DNA of 63,167 nt, filler included, from Intoshia linei (GCA_001642005.1; 5 parts of 5 records of this genome joined end to end with filler, not necessarily neighbours in it); one strand, 5' to 3'. Shown: positions 11,601 through 25,417, counted from the whole stretch's first letter. Program-made: numbers and translations. The notes: generated from the letters alone by a model not told the origin.

Positions 11601-14600
11601 CCCACTTTAAAAATAATTTTAGTCCAAAAATAAGTCTTTAAACCAGTGCACTGCAGTAGTTCCCGATTAAAATAATGAACGGACTAGTGTGTTCAACTTA
11701 GTTTTACAAAATAAAAATTGAGTAAAAATTTTTTTTTTTTAATACTCAGTAAGTATTTTTTTTCCAATTTTAGTAAAAGTACTTTAAAAAATTAATGTTG
11801 CTGATTTATGAAGGAAATAAGCAATAAATTACATTATTTATAATAAATAAATAACTGATATTTAGAGTAAGATAATATCCGAATTTTATAAGAAACTAGT
11901 ATCATTAAAGGTATATAACGAAATTTTTTATTAACAAAAAATAGATTATAATAGGGCGGCCAAAAGGTAATAAAGTTACAATAGTTACATTTTTATTTTA
12001 AAAGTTAATAAATTTACATAGTAAAACAAGTGATTTTAAAGTAAATTTTTTTAAAATATAAATATCGTTATATCAAAAATTATCTACATTCACTTGCGAT
12101 TTAAGCTAAATCGCAAAGTCATTTTAATTTTATATTATTTATATGACATAGATTAATATAGTATTATTATTAGAATACTAAAATTTCCTAAAAGTCAAAC
12201 TGAAAAAATATATATTGCAAAATAGAAATTTACATTTGCCAATTTGAAGTTTATATTTTTGTAATTATAAAATTTTTATAGGTTAATAAAGTTACATAAT
12301 TTTTTTCATAAGTTACAATTTTTATATTTTATAGGTTAAAAAAAACCCGCCCTAGTTATAAATTATTTTTTGTAGACATTAAGTTTTTATTGTATTTTAA
12401 AATTCAGTTTAAATTAATTCTGGCGTATTCCTAGTTCTACGAATAGACGTGAATAACCCCACCGCAAAAAATAATCTTTCAACTGATGCGTTCGTTGAGG
12501 GTATTGATAATTTAATCATTTATTTAATGCAATTTTCCAATGCATTAATTGAAAAACCCATCTGATTGGAAAAATTAATAATTTTTAAAAACTCAGTACA
12601 AAAAAATTCAATAACTCAGTAAAAGTAAAACTAACTAAACTAAGTAAAACTCAGTACCATTTACAAAAGTTGAAGAGTAGTATGGACCCCCATTTGAAAA
12701 TATTTATTTTTTTGGATCCAAAAGAAACATGAAATATAAAACATTTATCAAAAAATTAAAGGTTTTTGATAAAATTATGTTAGATTTGGTAAAATCTTGG
12801 AAAAAGAGGATATTTTCCTTAAGCGTTGGTAAAATCGTGTTTTTCAAAAAAAAATTGCAAAAAGGGGATTTTCCTTTAAGCCTTAAGGGTTAGTTAAAAT
12901 GGAGGTTTTATTTTGGGGTTGGAATAAGAGGTTTTTCTCATAAGATTGGGTATAATCGGATTTTTCAAAAAAATATTGAAAAAAAAATATTTTTCCTTTA
13001 TACCTTAAGGGTTGATAAAATTGGAGGTTTTATTTAGGGATTTATTAAGTGGATTTTTCAGAGAGGGTTTGAAACGGTATTTTTTATTAAATTTAATTAA
13101 TGGTGGGATAAAATTGGTATTTTTTAAATAATACTGTAGCGATCATCTAGGTTTGGGATAAATTCCCAACATCTGGCTACTCTGATAGAGTGACTCTGTA
13201 ATAAATACTATAAATTCTATAAAAATAATCAAAAGTTAATAAATTTTTTTGAACATTTTATTTGAATCTCACGGACCCAGTCATATAGTTTTGTACATCC
13301 CAGAAACCAGAAACCAGAAAGAAGTCCAGGGACCTCAATCTGGAATCATTGGTTTAAACATTTTTTCATAATTTTGATGAATATTGTGTCAGATAGGATC
13401 AGTTGAGAACTCAAATTAAATTTAAATAGTGATAAATAAAAAATATCGCGGCCCCTTCCAAATCTTAGACGGCACACAATTTAAGAAAAATTAATCAATC
13501 TCTTTGATTATAATTACCTTTTGAAATTTAAAAAAAGCAGCAGTAATTTTATCCAAAAACTCATACTATAATCAATCAACTGGATAACGGCCCGAATGGC
13601 ATTTGACTAAGTGTCTAGATCAGAATTCTGCCGGTATCGTCAAAGACTTTTTTGATTTTCGAAAAAATTACCTTATCATACCCCTCCTCAAATTCTAAAA
13701 ATCCAAAATTGTTGAAAACGGGAAATTTATCTTCCATTTTTCTGTGATCCTTTTTGTTATCAATATTGACATCATTAATGGAAAGTTCATCAGAACTGGA
13801 ATAAACACTATTTCGGATATCATGAGTAACACTGGTAGGAGTATCACTAACATAACTAAATATAGCGGACGGAGTACGAAACAAATTGACACTTTGACCA
13901 CATGAAGTCATAAACGCAATAAGTCGTTGCCTCAATTTGATTTGAGAATTTTCATTTTTCTGCCATGATTTGAGGTATAATCCTTTGGGTAAACTGGACT
14001 CTTTATCATTTTGAATCAAAGTTTGATTCAAATCAATTTCTTCAACTTCAAATTCCTCTACTTTGGCATCATTAATATTATCATTCATAGTTTCACATTC
14101 AATGTCCACGTCATCTTTTTCCTTTTCCTTTTCATTTAATTGAGATTGAATTAGTGCTTCGGGTCCCGCACCTTTAACTTGAACATTAAACTGAATAGTT
14201 CGACCAGGTAACTCTTTGTTAAAAATCCCTGAAAAGAACCATGAAGTGTTACCAGAACGTCTATTTGGAGAAAGAATAAAACGGGCCGATTTAGAAACAC
14301 AAACTGATATAATTTTAGAAACGGTATCATGATAATTCCCATTAAGGTGAATTTTGACTGAATAAAACAAAACTCCAATTGCATCTTTACATTTATCATT
14401 CAAATCAATTTGAACAAAAATGGCATGAATTATATTCAACAAGGATTGAATTATAAAATTTGGTGATTTTTTAAGTAACTGAGAAAGAATCAACAAAACC
14501 CTGGAAAACTTTTCAAAATTATCTGCGACGACATACTTGATTACACACCTAATCCATTGAGAAGAATCTTTTTGAAAATTAAGAGACGCGTACATTTGCA

Positions 14601-17600
14601 TAATAGAAGCTAAATTTTCCATTTGAGGTAAATCTATAACACTACACGCCGTAGCAATATCACGAGCAGTTTTTCTACACAGTTCACTTGGAGCTTCGTA
14701 CATCAAAACCATATAAGGCAACAAATAAAAAATGAGTTCCCAAATCCCGTGGATACGTTGTTTGTGAATAATGACAGATTCTAAATTGTTGACAATAACA
14801 GAAAGTAAATTCCATGCTGATAAATAAGTAACATGTGACGTAAGACCATTTATAGCCAGGTCCATAATTCCTGGAAAATCAAACCACGATATATGCTTAT
14901 ATATAGTTTCAATTCTGGAGGATATGTGATAGTTTGATAACAATGGAAATTTTTCCAAAACCAAGCACATTAAAGCAGTTGCATGACAAAATTCAGTTTC
15001 ATAGTCTGAATCTAAAAGAATAGCGACCAACCAAAACATTTGACAAATTATTGCACTACAATCATCATCAGATTTGATGAAATTGTTAATAATTTTGTAT
15101 TCATCCACTTTGGCTTTACATGTCGACATTTTACAAGAAGATTCTACATAAAATATCAATCTATTTAAAATAAAATTAAGAGTCTGCATAATTTCTAAAA
15201 CATAACCTTGCATTTCGACATTATCGTCTGAAACAGTTTCAATGAGCCTAGCTAAAATGTCGAAAAATGATTTTTCAGTTAAAGGAGAATTGAGAGAACG
15301 CACAATTTGCCAGGATCTACAAGCAACATGTCTAGAGGGAGAATTGAACGAAAAATATAATGCAATATCTGACCAAGCACTCAAAAACTCTTCATAATTT
15401 GGAACACACATGCGCATAATTTGTAAAATTTTACATTTAAAAAGATTCATTTTGTGAGTACTCTTAATTTTTTCCATAAAAATGTCACCAGTTTCAGTTG
15501 AACCAGTTAAAAACATCCACGGATACTGATCTTCATATTTCCACATTTGAACCTCTTTGGCACCATATAAAAATTCAATTACAAGTAAAATTAATTCTGA
15601 ATGTTCACATTCCACTTCTGGATCAGATGAAAACATGTCCGTAGTAGGTTTGAAAGCCAAATCACAATCATTTGATTGATACTTTTTATAAAATTCTAAA
15701 AGTTTATAGACATTTTGAGCATAATCGTTGGTATTAAAGAGACGAATTAAAAGAGTAATCAAGAGAATACGATAATTGTCATAAATAAACTTGAAACAAC
15801 TATCCAATTCAGTAAAACATTTATGAAACAAAAGTGGAATATATGCACACCAATCAATTGAATTTGGAAGAGAAATTAATCTAATCAAAAGAAAAGCAGC
15901 AATATCGTGTCTTCTACACACAAAACTTTGACCACACGATTTTATAATCATGTTAATAATTGGTAAATTAAAAATACGTTCTAGCGGTAATTTCAAGTTG
16001 AGTTTAAATCCATTTTTCAAATCGTCACTTTGTTCAATCGTAGAAACACTGGTTGTAACCCACATTTCATTGAAATTATTATGACTTTTTGTGTGAATGC
16101 AATCTCTAGGAGTTCCGGTTGGAATTTGAAAGAAATCTGAATGTACATCATCTTTATTATCACTTTCTGTTTTAGTTTCATTTATGTTTATAGTGCATTG
16201 TATATGAGGGAAAGCTTCCGTTATTCGAAAAGTGTAATCATTGTATTCAATAATTTTAATTTTATTTGAAATAATATTCATAATATTGGTGTAATCAATT
16301 TCAGCGATATACGAAACTACGAATTGACCAGATTCAAAAAACATGGACGGACAAATGGAAACATTAATCAACAAAAAATCAATAATAATTGCAACATTAT
16401 CAAACATGGCCAATTTGAGCCAAAGTTTTCGAATTGAAGACGGAACCAAATGGTGGAATTTGACGGTACAGTATAACAAATTATTTAAAATATAATGACT
16501 AGCTCTACTAGAATGAAAAATTTGAACAATATCAGTACTTTTGTCTGACACGTTATCTTGACTCTTTTTTTTTAAACAATTTTCCAATTCATTTGTACCA
16601 CTATACAAAGTAGAATCAAAAATACTTGTCAGCGATATTTTCAACCAGGGTTTCAAAATGTCCAATAAAATAATTTTAGAACTAGTAGACGCTTTTTCCA
16701 ATCTTTCGAAAATTTCAGACATGAATAAAATTATCATATTTGAGTGAAATTTATTTAAAAATTCGGAAGGTTGACTTGTAAGCATCAAGTTCATGTGTTG
16801 TGCTGGAGGAGTAAAATTTGACGGTTTTTTCATTAAAGTAGAAACTTTTTCGATTGCAGCATTATGAAATTCTTGACAATCCGAATCATTAATAGATTTA
16901 ATCGCTAGCGAACTGTCGAGTTTAACCAATTTATTTTGACAGTACGTATTTTCAAAATATTTTAAATATATACAAGTGTAATTATATCTAGCGATAGTTT
17001 GAATATTGAGATGAATGGAATCATAAAAATGAATAGTCAACATTAAATAAGAAATCATTTCTGGCAATTTCCAATTTGTTTTAGGTTTGTTCATTAAATT
17101 GATAAAAATCAAATTTGAAAGAATTATTGGACCACCGTAACATGTTTTAAAAAACCAATTATTCAATTCTTGAGATTTATTGAGGTGCATAAGGTTGTGT
17201 AAAAACTTTGAAAAAAACTCATTTTTTTCAATTAAATAATAAGCATCTGATACAAGTGATTCAAATAATTTTACAATTACTCCAACTGTAATGGTTTTAC
17301 CTTCCACGGGTCCACAACAAATTATGGAAAAAATCACTTTTACCATATATTCAATTAAAGCACTTTTGTATAATTTGTCCTTGTATTTATCTGAATCGGA
17401 ATTAACCAGTCGTTTGTAACAATTTAAGAAAAAATTGAATAATTTATGTTTCAAATTTTCTTTAATTAAACCTCGTCTCAAATCAATAGGAATATGGTTA
17501 AAAAGAATTGAAATGTATTTACAATAAAGGATAAGAGTGTGTTGATTAGACACGTGTTCTCTTTCCGAATCGCACAAAAAATAATTTAATAATCCTTCAA

Positions 17601-20600
17601 TAAACTCGGTACAAATTTTGTTTAATCCATTATTTGTCACGTAAACTTCTGATAATTTATTGGCGTTGGTATTACCTTCAATCATGGATACAAACAATCT
17701 CAATAAAACGAGTCGCTGTACATCTTTTCTCCTACGCCTACGCACATTATCAGATCTCATATCAACTACATCCCTCATCATTGAGTGTAATTCATTAACA
17801 ATTTCGTTAAAACTATGCAAGGAAATGTGAGTAAGAGCCACTAGCACAGTTTCCCTGATTGTTGAAAACTCACATTTTAATAACGGAATAATGGTTTTCA
17901 AAAATTCTGAAGTATTTATCAAATTTGTGGAATAATACACATCGTACCACATTCCCGATTTCAACGAATACATACCTGACATTAGACTGGATTTTGAATC
18001 TTTATCTACTATTGCCGGTTCCAGGCTTTCAGTCGTAATTTCATTTTCAGAGATTAGTGTAATAGGATTACAAGCTACACTAAGGGTTTTAATATTTGAA
18101 TCAATATGAGCGTTGTCTGTAGTAAAATTTGGTTGAGCAATACAACACGCCATAACGCAATAATTTTGCCATAAATTTAAATAACGTAGTTTATCTGCGT
18201 TAATTTTTTTAGATGTCCTGGAAAGAATTGAAGATGGACGAGATTCAACAAAGCTTGAATAAAATCGACCGCCCATTTTTTCAAAAAGAGAGGTATCCAA
18301 ATGGTTAAATGCATTATTCATCTTGTTTATCACAATAGGCCACATGATTTTTATTACAGAAGGACATTTACTTCGTACATATTTAAAATCCATAAAAAGT
18401 GACATTATGTAAAGCCACGGGTCCAATATTTCACAATTTAATAAACGGTAAACATCAATATTAGTGTTTGAAATGTTTACATTTTTTCGAGAAATCATTT
18501 TCAAAGACAACATTTCACGTGGAGCAAAATTTAAATGTTCGTAATTGTAATTGGAATCAACGTAAACTGGTTTTTTAGCCTTTTCAAGGTTTATTCTAGG
18601 TGAAGCTTGAGATACTGTATCAGAATCCACGAAAAGTTTAACTGGAGAACTTTTTTGAAGACCCTCTTCTATATTTGGAACTGAAGGTATTATTGAACCA
18701 CCAGAATTTTTAAGTTTAAAGATATCGGATTTACTTTGATTAGAATTTTGCGGTTCGTGTTCAATTCTGGAAGAATTGTATGACGTTTTACTAGGATTTA
18801 AAGTTTCGTCTGCGCAAGAAGATTGATTACTCACATCGTTTAAAGACGTGCTATTTTTACTTTCAGAATTAGAAGAAGAAATACTCACATGGATAGTATA
18901 TTTTTGGTGCTTTACTAGTGAATGAACAAAAGATATTTGACGTTGAGTTAGTACTAGATTTGTAGAATTAAATGCATAATAATCCCATTCAGAAACTGTA
19001 TCAAAAACGTTATTTTTTGCGAGATCGACGACTACGTTATTAACCAAGTTTATCATTACAACAAAATCGTTAGGTGTCATATTTTTGAAAATTCGATGTT
19101 CATGGACTGGTACAAGTGGTAAAATTTGGTTCATTATGGTTACTGTCGATTTATCCATTTCGTCAATCAGAAAGGATTCATTTTTTATGCTTTTTTTTAC
19201 GTTAAGACTTTGAACCAATAGTTTCGTTTCACGTAAAACCGTTATACCCAACTTTCTCATAACGGTACTATCATTACATAAAAGAAGCAACCCAAAAACT
19301 TCCAATTCATAAAATTCTTCTCGATCAAATTGTTTATTTTTTAAAATAAAACAAGTACACCCTCTAATCATTTCAATTGTATTGTCTGGGGTGTCTCCAT
19401 TTAAACAACTGCCCGTTCTATTATGTTTATTTTTGATTTCCTTGGGTTTATGTTGATTAATTTTACAATAACATGTAATTTTAATTTCATTAGTTGCAAT
19501 CAATTTCAAATGTTGGATTAATCTAATTAAAATTTTGGTGCATTGAATAGAAATATTCTTATTAATATCTAATAAATCCACAACTATAACGGAGGTGTAA
19601 CGTATAAGAATAAGCGAATGAGCATTGTCTTCAACAAGTAAATTTTTTAATGATTGAACACTCAACTTTCTCAATTCTTCGTCATAATGAAAAGTCAATC
19701 TTGACAAAATATCCAACAATTCGCAAAATTGCATATCGCCTCCCGGCATTAACCGAGGGATAGCCATTATACAAGTATGGAAGAGTAAAAGTTTACTATT
19801 CTTGTCTCCACTATACAATTCCTCATTATATTTATTGATAATGTCCGTTTTTAATTGAGAATAAGGTTTTCCGATTAAAATATCCAATTGACGAATAATG
19901 GAACAAAAAGCCTTTCTAATTGTAGGATATGTAAACTCCATTCCCAATTGCTGGGCAATTTTATTTGAAAAATTTCGCGTAATGTACGTTCTCTTGATTC
20001 GCAATTTTTCTGTAAAAGACATGTAGATACTGGCTTTAGGTAGAGAGGGTTTAACGTCCCCACGTTGTAAACTATCACAAATTAACATGAAAGCTCTTAT
20101 CCCAATAATCATTCTATCCGGAGTAAGTAATTTAGAAGATCTACCAACACACAATAAGTCATATATAATTTCTTTTATAGCAAAATTTAAATTTTCAATG
20201 CCAATAAAATGTATAATTCGAACAAACAGATTCAACGGAGATTCACGGGGGAACAAATTTTTAGAATTTTTTGGTATAAGAGTTGAACAAATAATTTGTA
20301 ATCTATTTAAAGTTATTGCACTGTTTTCACCCTTCCATCTAATCAAGTACACCCACAGTAAACGATACAACGATTCAATTGAAACTTTGGTCACTTTAGG
20401 ATCTCTATTTTTAATTTGAGCTAAACAAATGTTTGTAAAGACAAACCAATTTTCCATAAAAAAAGCAACATCACTCAAACAAAGTAAACATGTAATCATT
20501 GGAAAAACTGCCAAAAAATGTTTCCGTTTTGAAGTAAGTTCAAATGTTGGATTGTATAAATATTTAACAAGGCTTTTTAAGGAAGCAACATTGACTTCGT

Positions 20601-21396
20601 GTCGAATAATTTCAATGACAGGTAACATCATTTCAACAAAAATTCCACATATTGCATGCTTTGCGTCACGATGTTTCAATTCTAAAAACATTTTACCACA
20701 TTTGTGCAAAAATTCTATAAACATTTCAAAATCTTCTATAGGTTGGAGTTTGATTTTAACAAATTTTAAAGACATTATAATGGAAACAACCAATTGAGTA
20801 TTATTTAATTGTACTTTATCAAGTTCAATTCTTAAATGTTCTAGAAATATTTTTTCTACAATTTTAAAACGAGTTTCAGATATTGTACTCAAAAGTTGAC
20901 CAAATAGATTGGTTGCAGAGTTAAACTCATTTTGATCTGAGGTTGCGTCATTGGAATGTTCATGAAATCGCCGAAAACATAGTTTTATTTTCTCTTGTAA
21001 AATCCCTTCGTAACCGGGGTGAAATCTCAATTGTTTGAGAATTTCAATATTGAAAATACATGATAAAAGGTCTAGGTATATTTCAAAATTCTTGTGTCCT
21101 GATTTGGAATAAATTCCATTTACCAGTTGACGGTCGGAATGTAATGATACTTGTGTTTCCCATTCATTGAAACATTTCATTATAGATGGTAAACAAAATT
21201 CGGATGACGATTGTAAGTTCTGAAGTAATTTATTAAACATAAATGTTTCATTTTCTTTTATTCTTTTTAATATCATTTTGTAATCCATGGAACTTGTTAT
21301 GTATCCTATTGCTGCCAATTGAACATCACATAGTTTTAAAAATTCGACGCATAAATTTTTCACCACAATTTCACCGATTGATTCGTTTTCTTGCAT
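8688..21396 (-). CDS. fry: Protein furry homolog (FRY/Tao3/MOR2-PAG1 scaffold), multi-exon
   Basis: The 2593-aa ORF carries furry motifs (SLYRLLWVYLIR, FHTCIMAIPRL, SRHVACRSWQI, KELPGRTIQF). A donor at 13671 (AAG|GTAATT) joins in phase 0 to an acceptor at 11212, giving FGFLEFEEGYDK|NQMPFDWAV, comparable to FRY FDFL...NFNWGV. Downstream exons (~9645-9810, ~8690-9038) resemble Fry_C (CNLTYELCQVFVSY vs YKLHFQLLLLFQSY). Small 3' exons are approximate; the stop may lie near 8559. Confidence 0.93.
9084..9617 (+). mobile_element. Complete non-autonomous Helitron (subfamily B) in a furry intron
   Basis: A^TCCTTACTTATATA 5' end, subterminal hairpin CTGTTTGTAC-gta-GTACAtAACAG, CTAG^T 3' end, no TSD. 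Confidence 0.85.
11644..13351. mobile_element. hAT (Charlie-type) MITE containing two further nested hAT MITEs
   Basis: Outer element: TSD ctttaaac/gtttaaac, related to 36668-37067. Middle element 11685-12679: TSD gaacggac/gtatggac. Inner element 11952-12354: TAGGGCGG...CCGCCCTA ends. Confidence 0.7.
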
Positions 21397-21867
21397 TTCT
21401 TGATTATTCAGACTTTTAATGTTGTACTTTATTAGTTATAGTTATTTTTAGTTAAATTAAAGTGAATCAGATGGAAATTAACTTTATCATTTTGCAAATT
21501 ATAAATTTTGACTTTGTGAATTTAATTTGAATTTATTGGTTTGGGAGCTCTACCAACGCCGAACCTACCATACAGAGACCCTCTTCGGGTTTAGGTGAAA
21601 GTTTTGTAAAACTGGGCCTACTTTTTATTTCATTTTTAAATGCATTTATAAAAATTCAAATTTTTTTTTCCATACCTTGACCGGTTATTCATACTAATAA
21701 CCCTAATTACCCCTGGTAATAAATAAATATTGTTATTTTTTTCACATTCATTATTTAAAAATCGCGAAAAATAATGAATTCATGAAAAATTTACTATAGA
21801 ATGTTTCAATTTTTACTAAAATTGGTTCATTATTGACAGAATTCATTATAATGTCTAGACTCTAGAT

Positions 21868-22337
21868 CAGGGATGGGCATCTGCGGTCTCTCAGAAAAAT
21901 TTTGCAAAAAAGTGAAAATTTTAATTGACAGTTCACAATGCTTTTAACAATTTTTTCAACAACTTATTGCTGCGAGTCTACATTTTCTCACATGACCAAA
22001 ATAAAATTTTTCCAACAAACCAATATCACAGATCTACACTTAGAAGAGAGTTTGATTTTGCAAAATAGCAAGTTTGAACAAGACAAACCACACAGACAAG
22101 ACAAGCTAAATACAAAAACAAGTTCAACAGTTCAAAATAAATTACTTTTCTGAGGAAATGATTTTTAATCTCTTTATTAAACTGATTTTAAAAGCAACAA
22201 TTTTTTGTAAAATAAACATAAAAGAAAAAGAATTTATGCAAATACATATAACAATTATTTTTATTTTTTGTTGTGGCCTCTAGGAATTTTCGCTAGACAA
22301 ATTTGGCCACCGATTGTTCAATCGTCGCCCACCCCTG
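21868..22337 (+). mobile_element. Non-autonomous hAT-Charlie/SPIN-like element retaining the transposase C-terminus
   Basis: TIRs CAGGGATGGGC / GCCCACCCCTG, 8-bp TSD ctctagat/ctttagac, internal ORF FSTTYCCESTFSHM...TDLHLE (21938-22153). Confidence 0.85.
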
Positions 22338-22725
22338 CTTTAGACAGATTAGATTCCATATAATATTTTTACATTTCCAGGAAATCACAATCACTACATA
22401 CAGTGTTGGACCTACACTGTAGGTCCCACATTATTTTCTTTATTTACACAACATTTAAAAAAACTTATTTACTTCATGTATACTTAATATTTTCTTATGT
22501 TCAAAATAAGGGAAATATGGTTGTTTGTAAATTTATTAATTATTATTATTAAATTAATTATTAATTAAACGAATTTATTCGACTAAATAAGAAATAATTT
22601 CTTAAAGAAATGTACCATACATAACAGATTTCATTTAAATATAGTTTTCAGTAACTATTGTTTGATTACGTGTCAATTACCATAGACTGCGTAAATATTT
22701 GGTTTATTCTTTAATTTTTCTTATA

Positions 22726-24593
22726 ATGGTAAACACTCAGCGCATACGATTGATAAATGAACGTCACAGAAAAGATTCCCTGGTACATAAAAAAAAGGTT
22801 AATTTTTACTTTTTTATTTTTTACCATTTATAATGTTAGGGTAGTTTTATAGAAATTTTTTTTAATAGACTAAATATGAAATCATATTTTCGGATACATT
22901 TCTTGTAACGCCTGCCAGTTTTTCATAAAAAATTTAAATTTGGTAAAGATATTACCATAAATGTTACATTCTAAACCAGGGGTTCCCAAAGTGAGCGATA
23001 TCCCCCAGGGGGCGATTATAAAAACATGAATAGAAATTTTTTTTAATATATTTCAGTATAGTAAAATTGATGCGGTACCAAATTTAAAATATACAGTGGT
23101 CGCTCCCTAAATTGAACAGTATCTAAATACATGGTAAGAATATACATTCCCGCTCTTGAACATGAACACAATTTATTGTGATTTTTCTCATAAATTTGTT
23201 GTAATTTTTTGAATAAACAGTGTTCAATCTCTAAAATATAAACACCATCCATTTTTTTGCAGTTAGTGTTCAATTTAGAGAGCGATCACTGTAGTTCCAT
23301 GTCAATGTTCATTGATTGTTTTATTATAACATTTTAATAAATACTAATAACAAAATAATGTTAAAAAAAGGACGATGATCATGTAGAATGTCATAAATTC
23401 CTAAGTATTATGAAATTTGATAAAGATAAAAAAACTTGTGTCAATATGTTCCATAAATTAGTAGATCATTATGTATTAAAATCGCGTCTAGCGAAAAATA
23501 TAATTAAATATTATCAACAATTATTCATTAATAATATGACAGATTCTATCATTATTATATAATTTTCATCTTAATTTTTCATTCAATGTTGTTTATATAT
23601 TTATCATCATTTATTGAGATTCTATTATGGTTACTAATAACAAAAAATAGTACAAATTAAATATGGTCGCACTACTGTATACTAGGGTGTTTCACAAATT
23701 GGAATCTTTATTTGAGGTAGGAAAATTTAGTCTAGTATTAGTATTACAAACATAATGTTGGCATTAAAATTCGGCAAAATTGTACCGATGAGTTGCGCAT
23801 CACGTTTAAAGTATTTAAATTAATATTAATATGATCTTGATTATTTTAGTTTATTATATACTTTTTAATAAATTTGATAATAAAATAAAATGTTTGGTTT
23901 AGCTGTTTTTGGGTTTTTCCCTCTTTCAAGATCACACAATATCAATTGGCATTTACATTAAGTGATATAATAAAGAATTAAAAAGTATAATTCATTTTCT
24001 GCAGGAGTTATGCATTGATTTTTTCTTTCATTGATGTATCTTAATATTATCAACCAATATTTTTCAAATGTTAAATTAAAATTAAAAACGAAAAAGTAAA
24101 TAATCATCCTACAATTTCAAAAAAAAATGTGTATTGAATATCTATATATATATTTTCAATAATGAAATATGGGTGGAAATCTATATAATTGATTCCTTCT
24201 GATTTTTTTAATTGCTACGCAATTTTTCATTCTCAAATTCACATTTTCAATACATTTTGTTTAAAATTTAAATTAAAACTATAACAACAAATTAATAAAA
24301 GTAAAACTTTGTTATTATCATTTTTATATTTATTACAATACTTTTCAATATTGCTAAAATTCATCTAAAAATCCGTTTCTAAAGTTGTGATCCGTAGCCA
24401 ACTAGTTGTGTATAAGACATAAGTTTCTTTTTCTGAAAGATGTGTACATTATTTTAGAAATTAGATGATAAAGGACAATCCAATATTTTTTGGTTTATTT
24501 TTGCTGTGATTGGCGGATCAGGTATATTTTTTTTACATTAAATTAAAATGTTTTTATTTAGCAATCTTTCAACTTTTGCGACTTGCAATTTAA
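22726..24593 (+). CDS. SERP1: Stress-associated ER protein SERP1/RAMP4 (55 aa, 3 exons)
   Basis: Exons 22726-22797, 24458-24521, 24562-24593, all GT-AG. Protein MVNTQRIRLINERHRKDSLVHKKKKLDDKGQSNIFWFIFAVIGGSAIFQLLRLAI matches RAMP4 MVAKQRIRMANEKH...GSAIFQII. Missed by the ORF track. Confidence 0.88.
23094..23291. mobile_element. Tc1/mariner-pogo type MITE
   Basis: 25-bp TIR CAGTGGTCGCTCCCTAAATTGAACA (2 mismatches), TA on both sides. Confidence 0.85.
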
Positions 24594-24986
24594 TAATTCT
24601 GTATAATAAATTGTTAAAAAATCGTTTTGATTGTTTTATATTACCGTCTGTTAAAAACACTCAATTTGAAGATTTATTAAGATAAGAATTTTTGAAAATT
24701 TTGGTCGTAATGTATAAAAAATATCCGTACATCTTTAGTAATTTTATTGGGTTTACTTTCATTAATTCGAAATTAATAGAAAATTCACTACACTTTTCAA
24801 AGTCTTAATATCTAAGATAGCAGTCGCTAAACTATTTTTTAGCGTTACCTTTGGAAAGAATTTTAAATGTAAATTTAGGAACTGTTTAAAAAAATATTTT
24901 TCAAGTCTGAGAAAAAGACCATAAATTCGAAATTTCCATGAAAACAGAAAAAAATTAATTTTATTATAAACTTTGTTAAAATTTAA

Positions 24987-25408
24987 ATGGAAAAACTTAT
25001 AATGTACATTATCTTACGTACGGATGTGGGACTAACAAAAGGTCAATTAGCAGCTCAAGGTGATTAAAAAAGAATATTATAGAAATTGACACAATTAGCT
25101 TGCCATTCATGCATAAAAACAGTACACATTTACAAGAATGATGCATCAATGGTGGAATATTTAAAAGACATTGATAACATGACAAAAGTGCTATTAAAAG
25201 TACTAAATTTAATAAATAATAAGACATAATAAAAAATTAGACCAGAGACATGAAAGAATATGAAAATATCAAGAAAAATTTAAAAAGTTCAAAAATATCA
25301 TACACGGAATGGTTGGAACAACCAGAAAATTTAATTACATGCTTATCACTCAAACCATACTATAAAAATGATGTATATGATATAATTAAAGAACTAAAAT
25401 TGTTTTAA
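24987..25408 (+). CDS. PTRHD1: Putative peptidyl-tRNA hydrolase PTRHD1 (PTH2 family), 3 exons
   Basis: Exons 24987-25059, 25099-25199, 25241-25408 (introns 39 and 41 nt). Motifs MYIILRTD, GQLAAQACHS, MTKVLL, WLEQPENLITCLSLKPY. Confidence 0.92.
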
Positions 25409-25417
25409 TAATAAACT

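Noticed and set aside
13695-20797. Short ORFs overlapping furry (13695, 14151, 19875, 20087, 20429)
   Set aside because: Alternative-frame or antisense shadows with no recognisable motifs.
21541-21620. tRNA or hammerhead ribozyme
   Set aside because: No cloverleaf with proper A/B boxes, and no CUGANGA...GAAA core on either strand.
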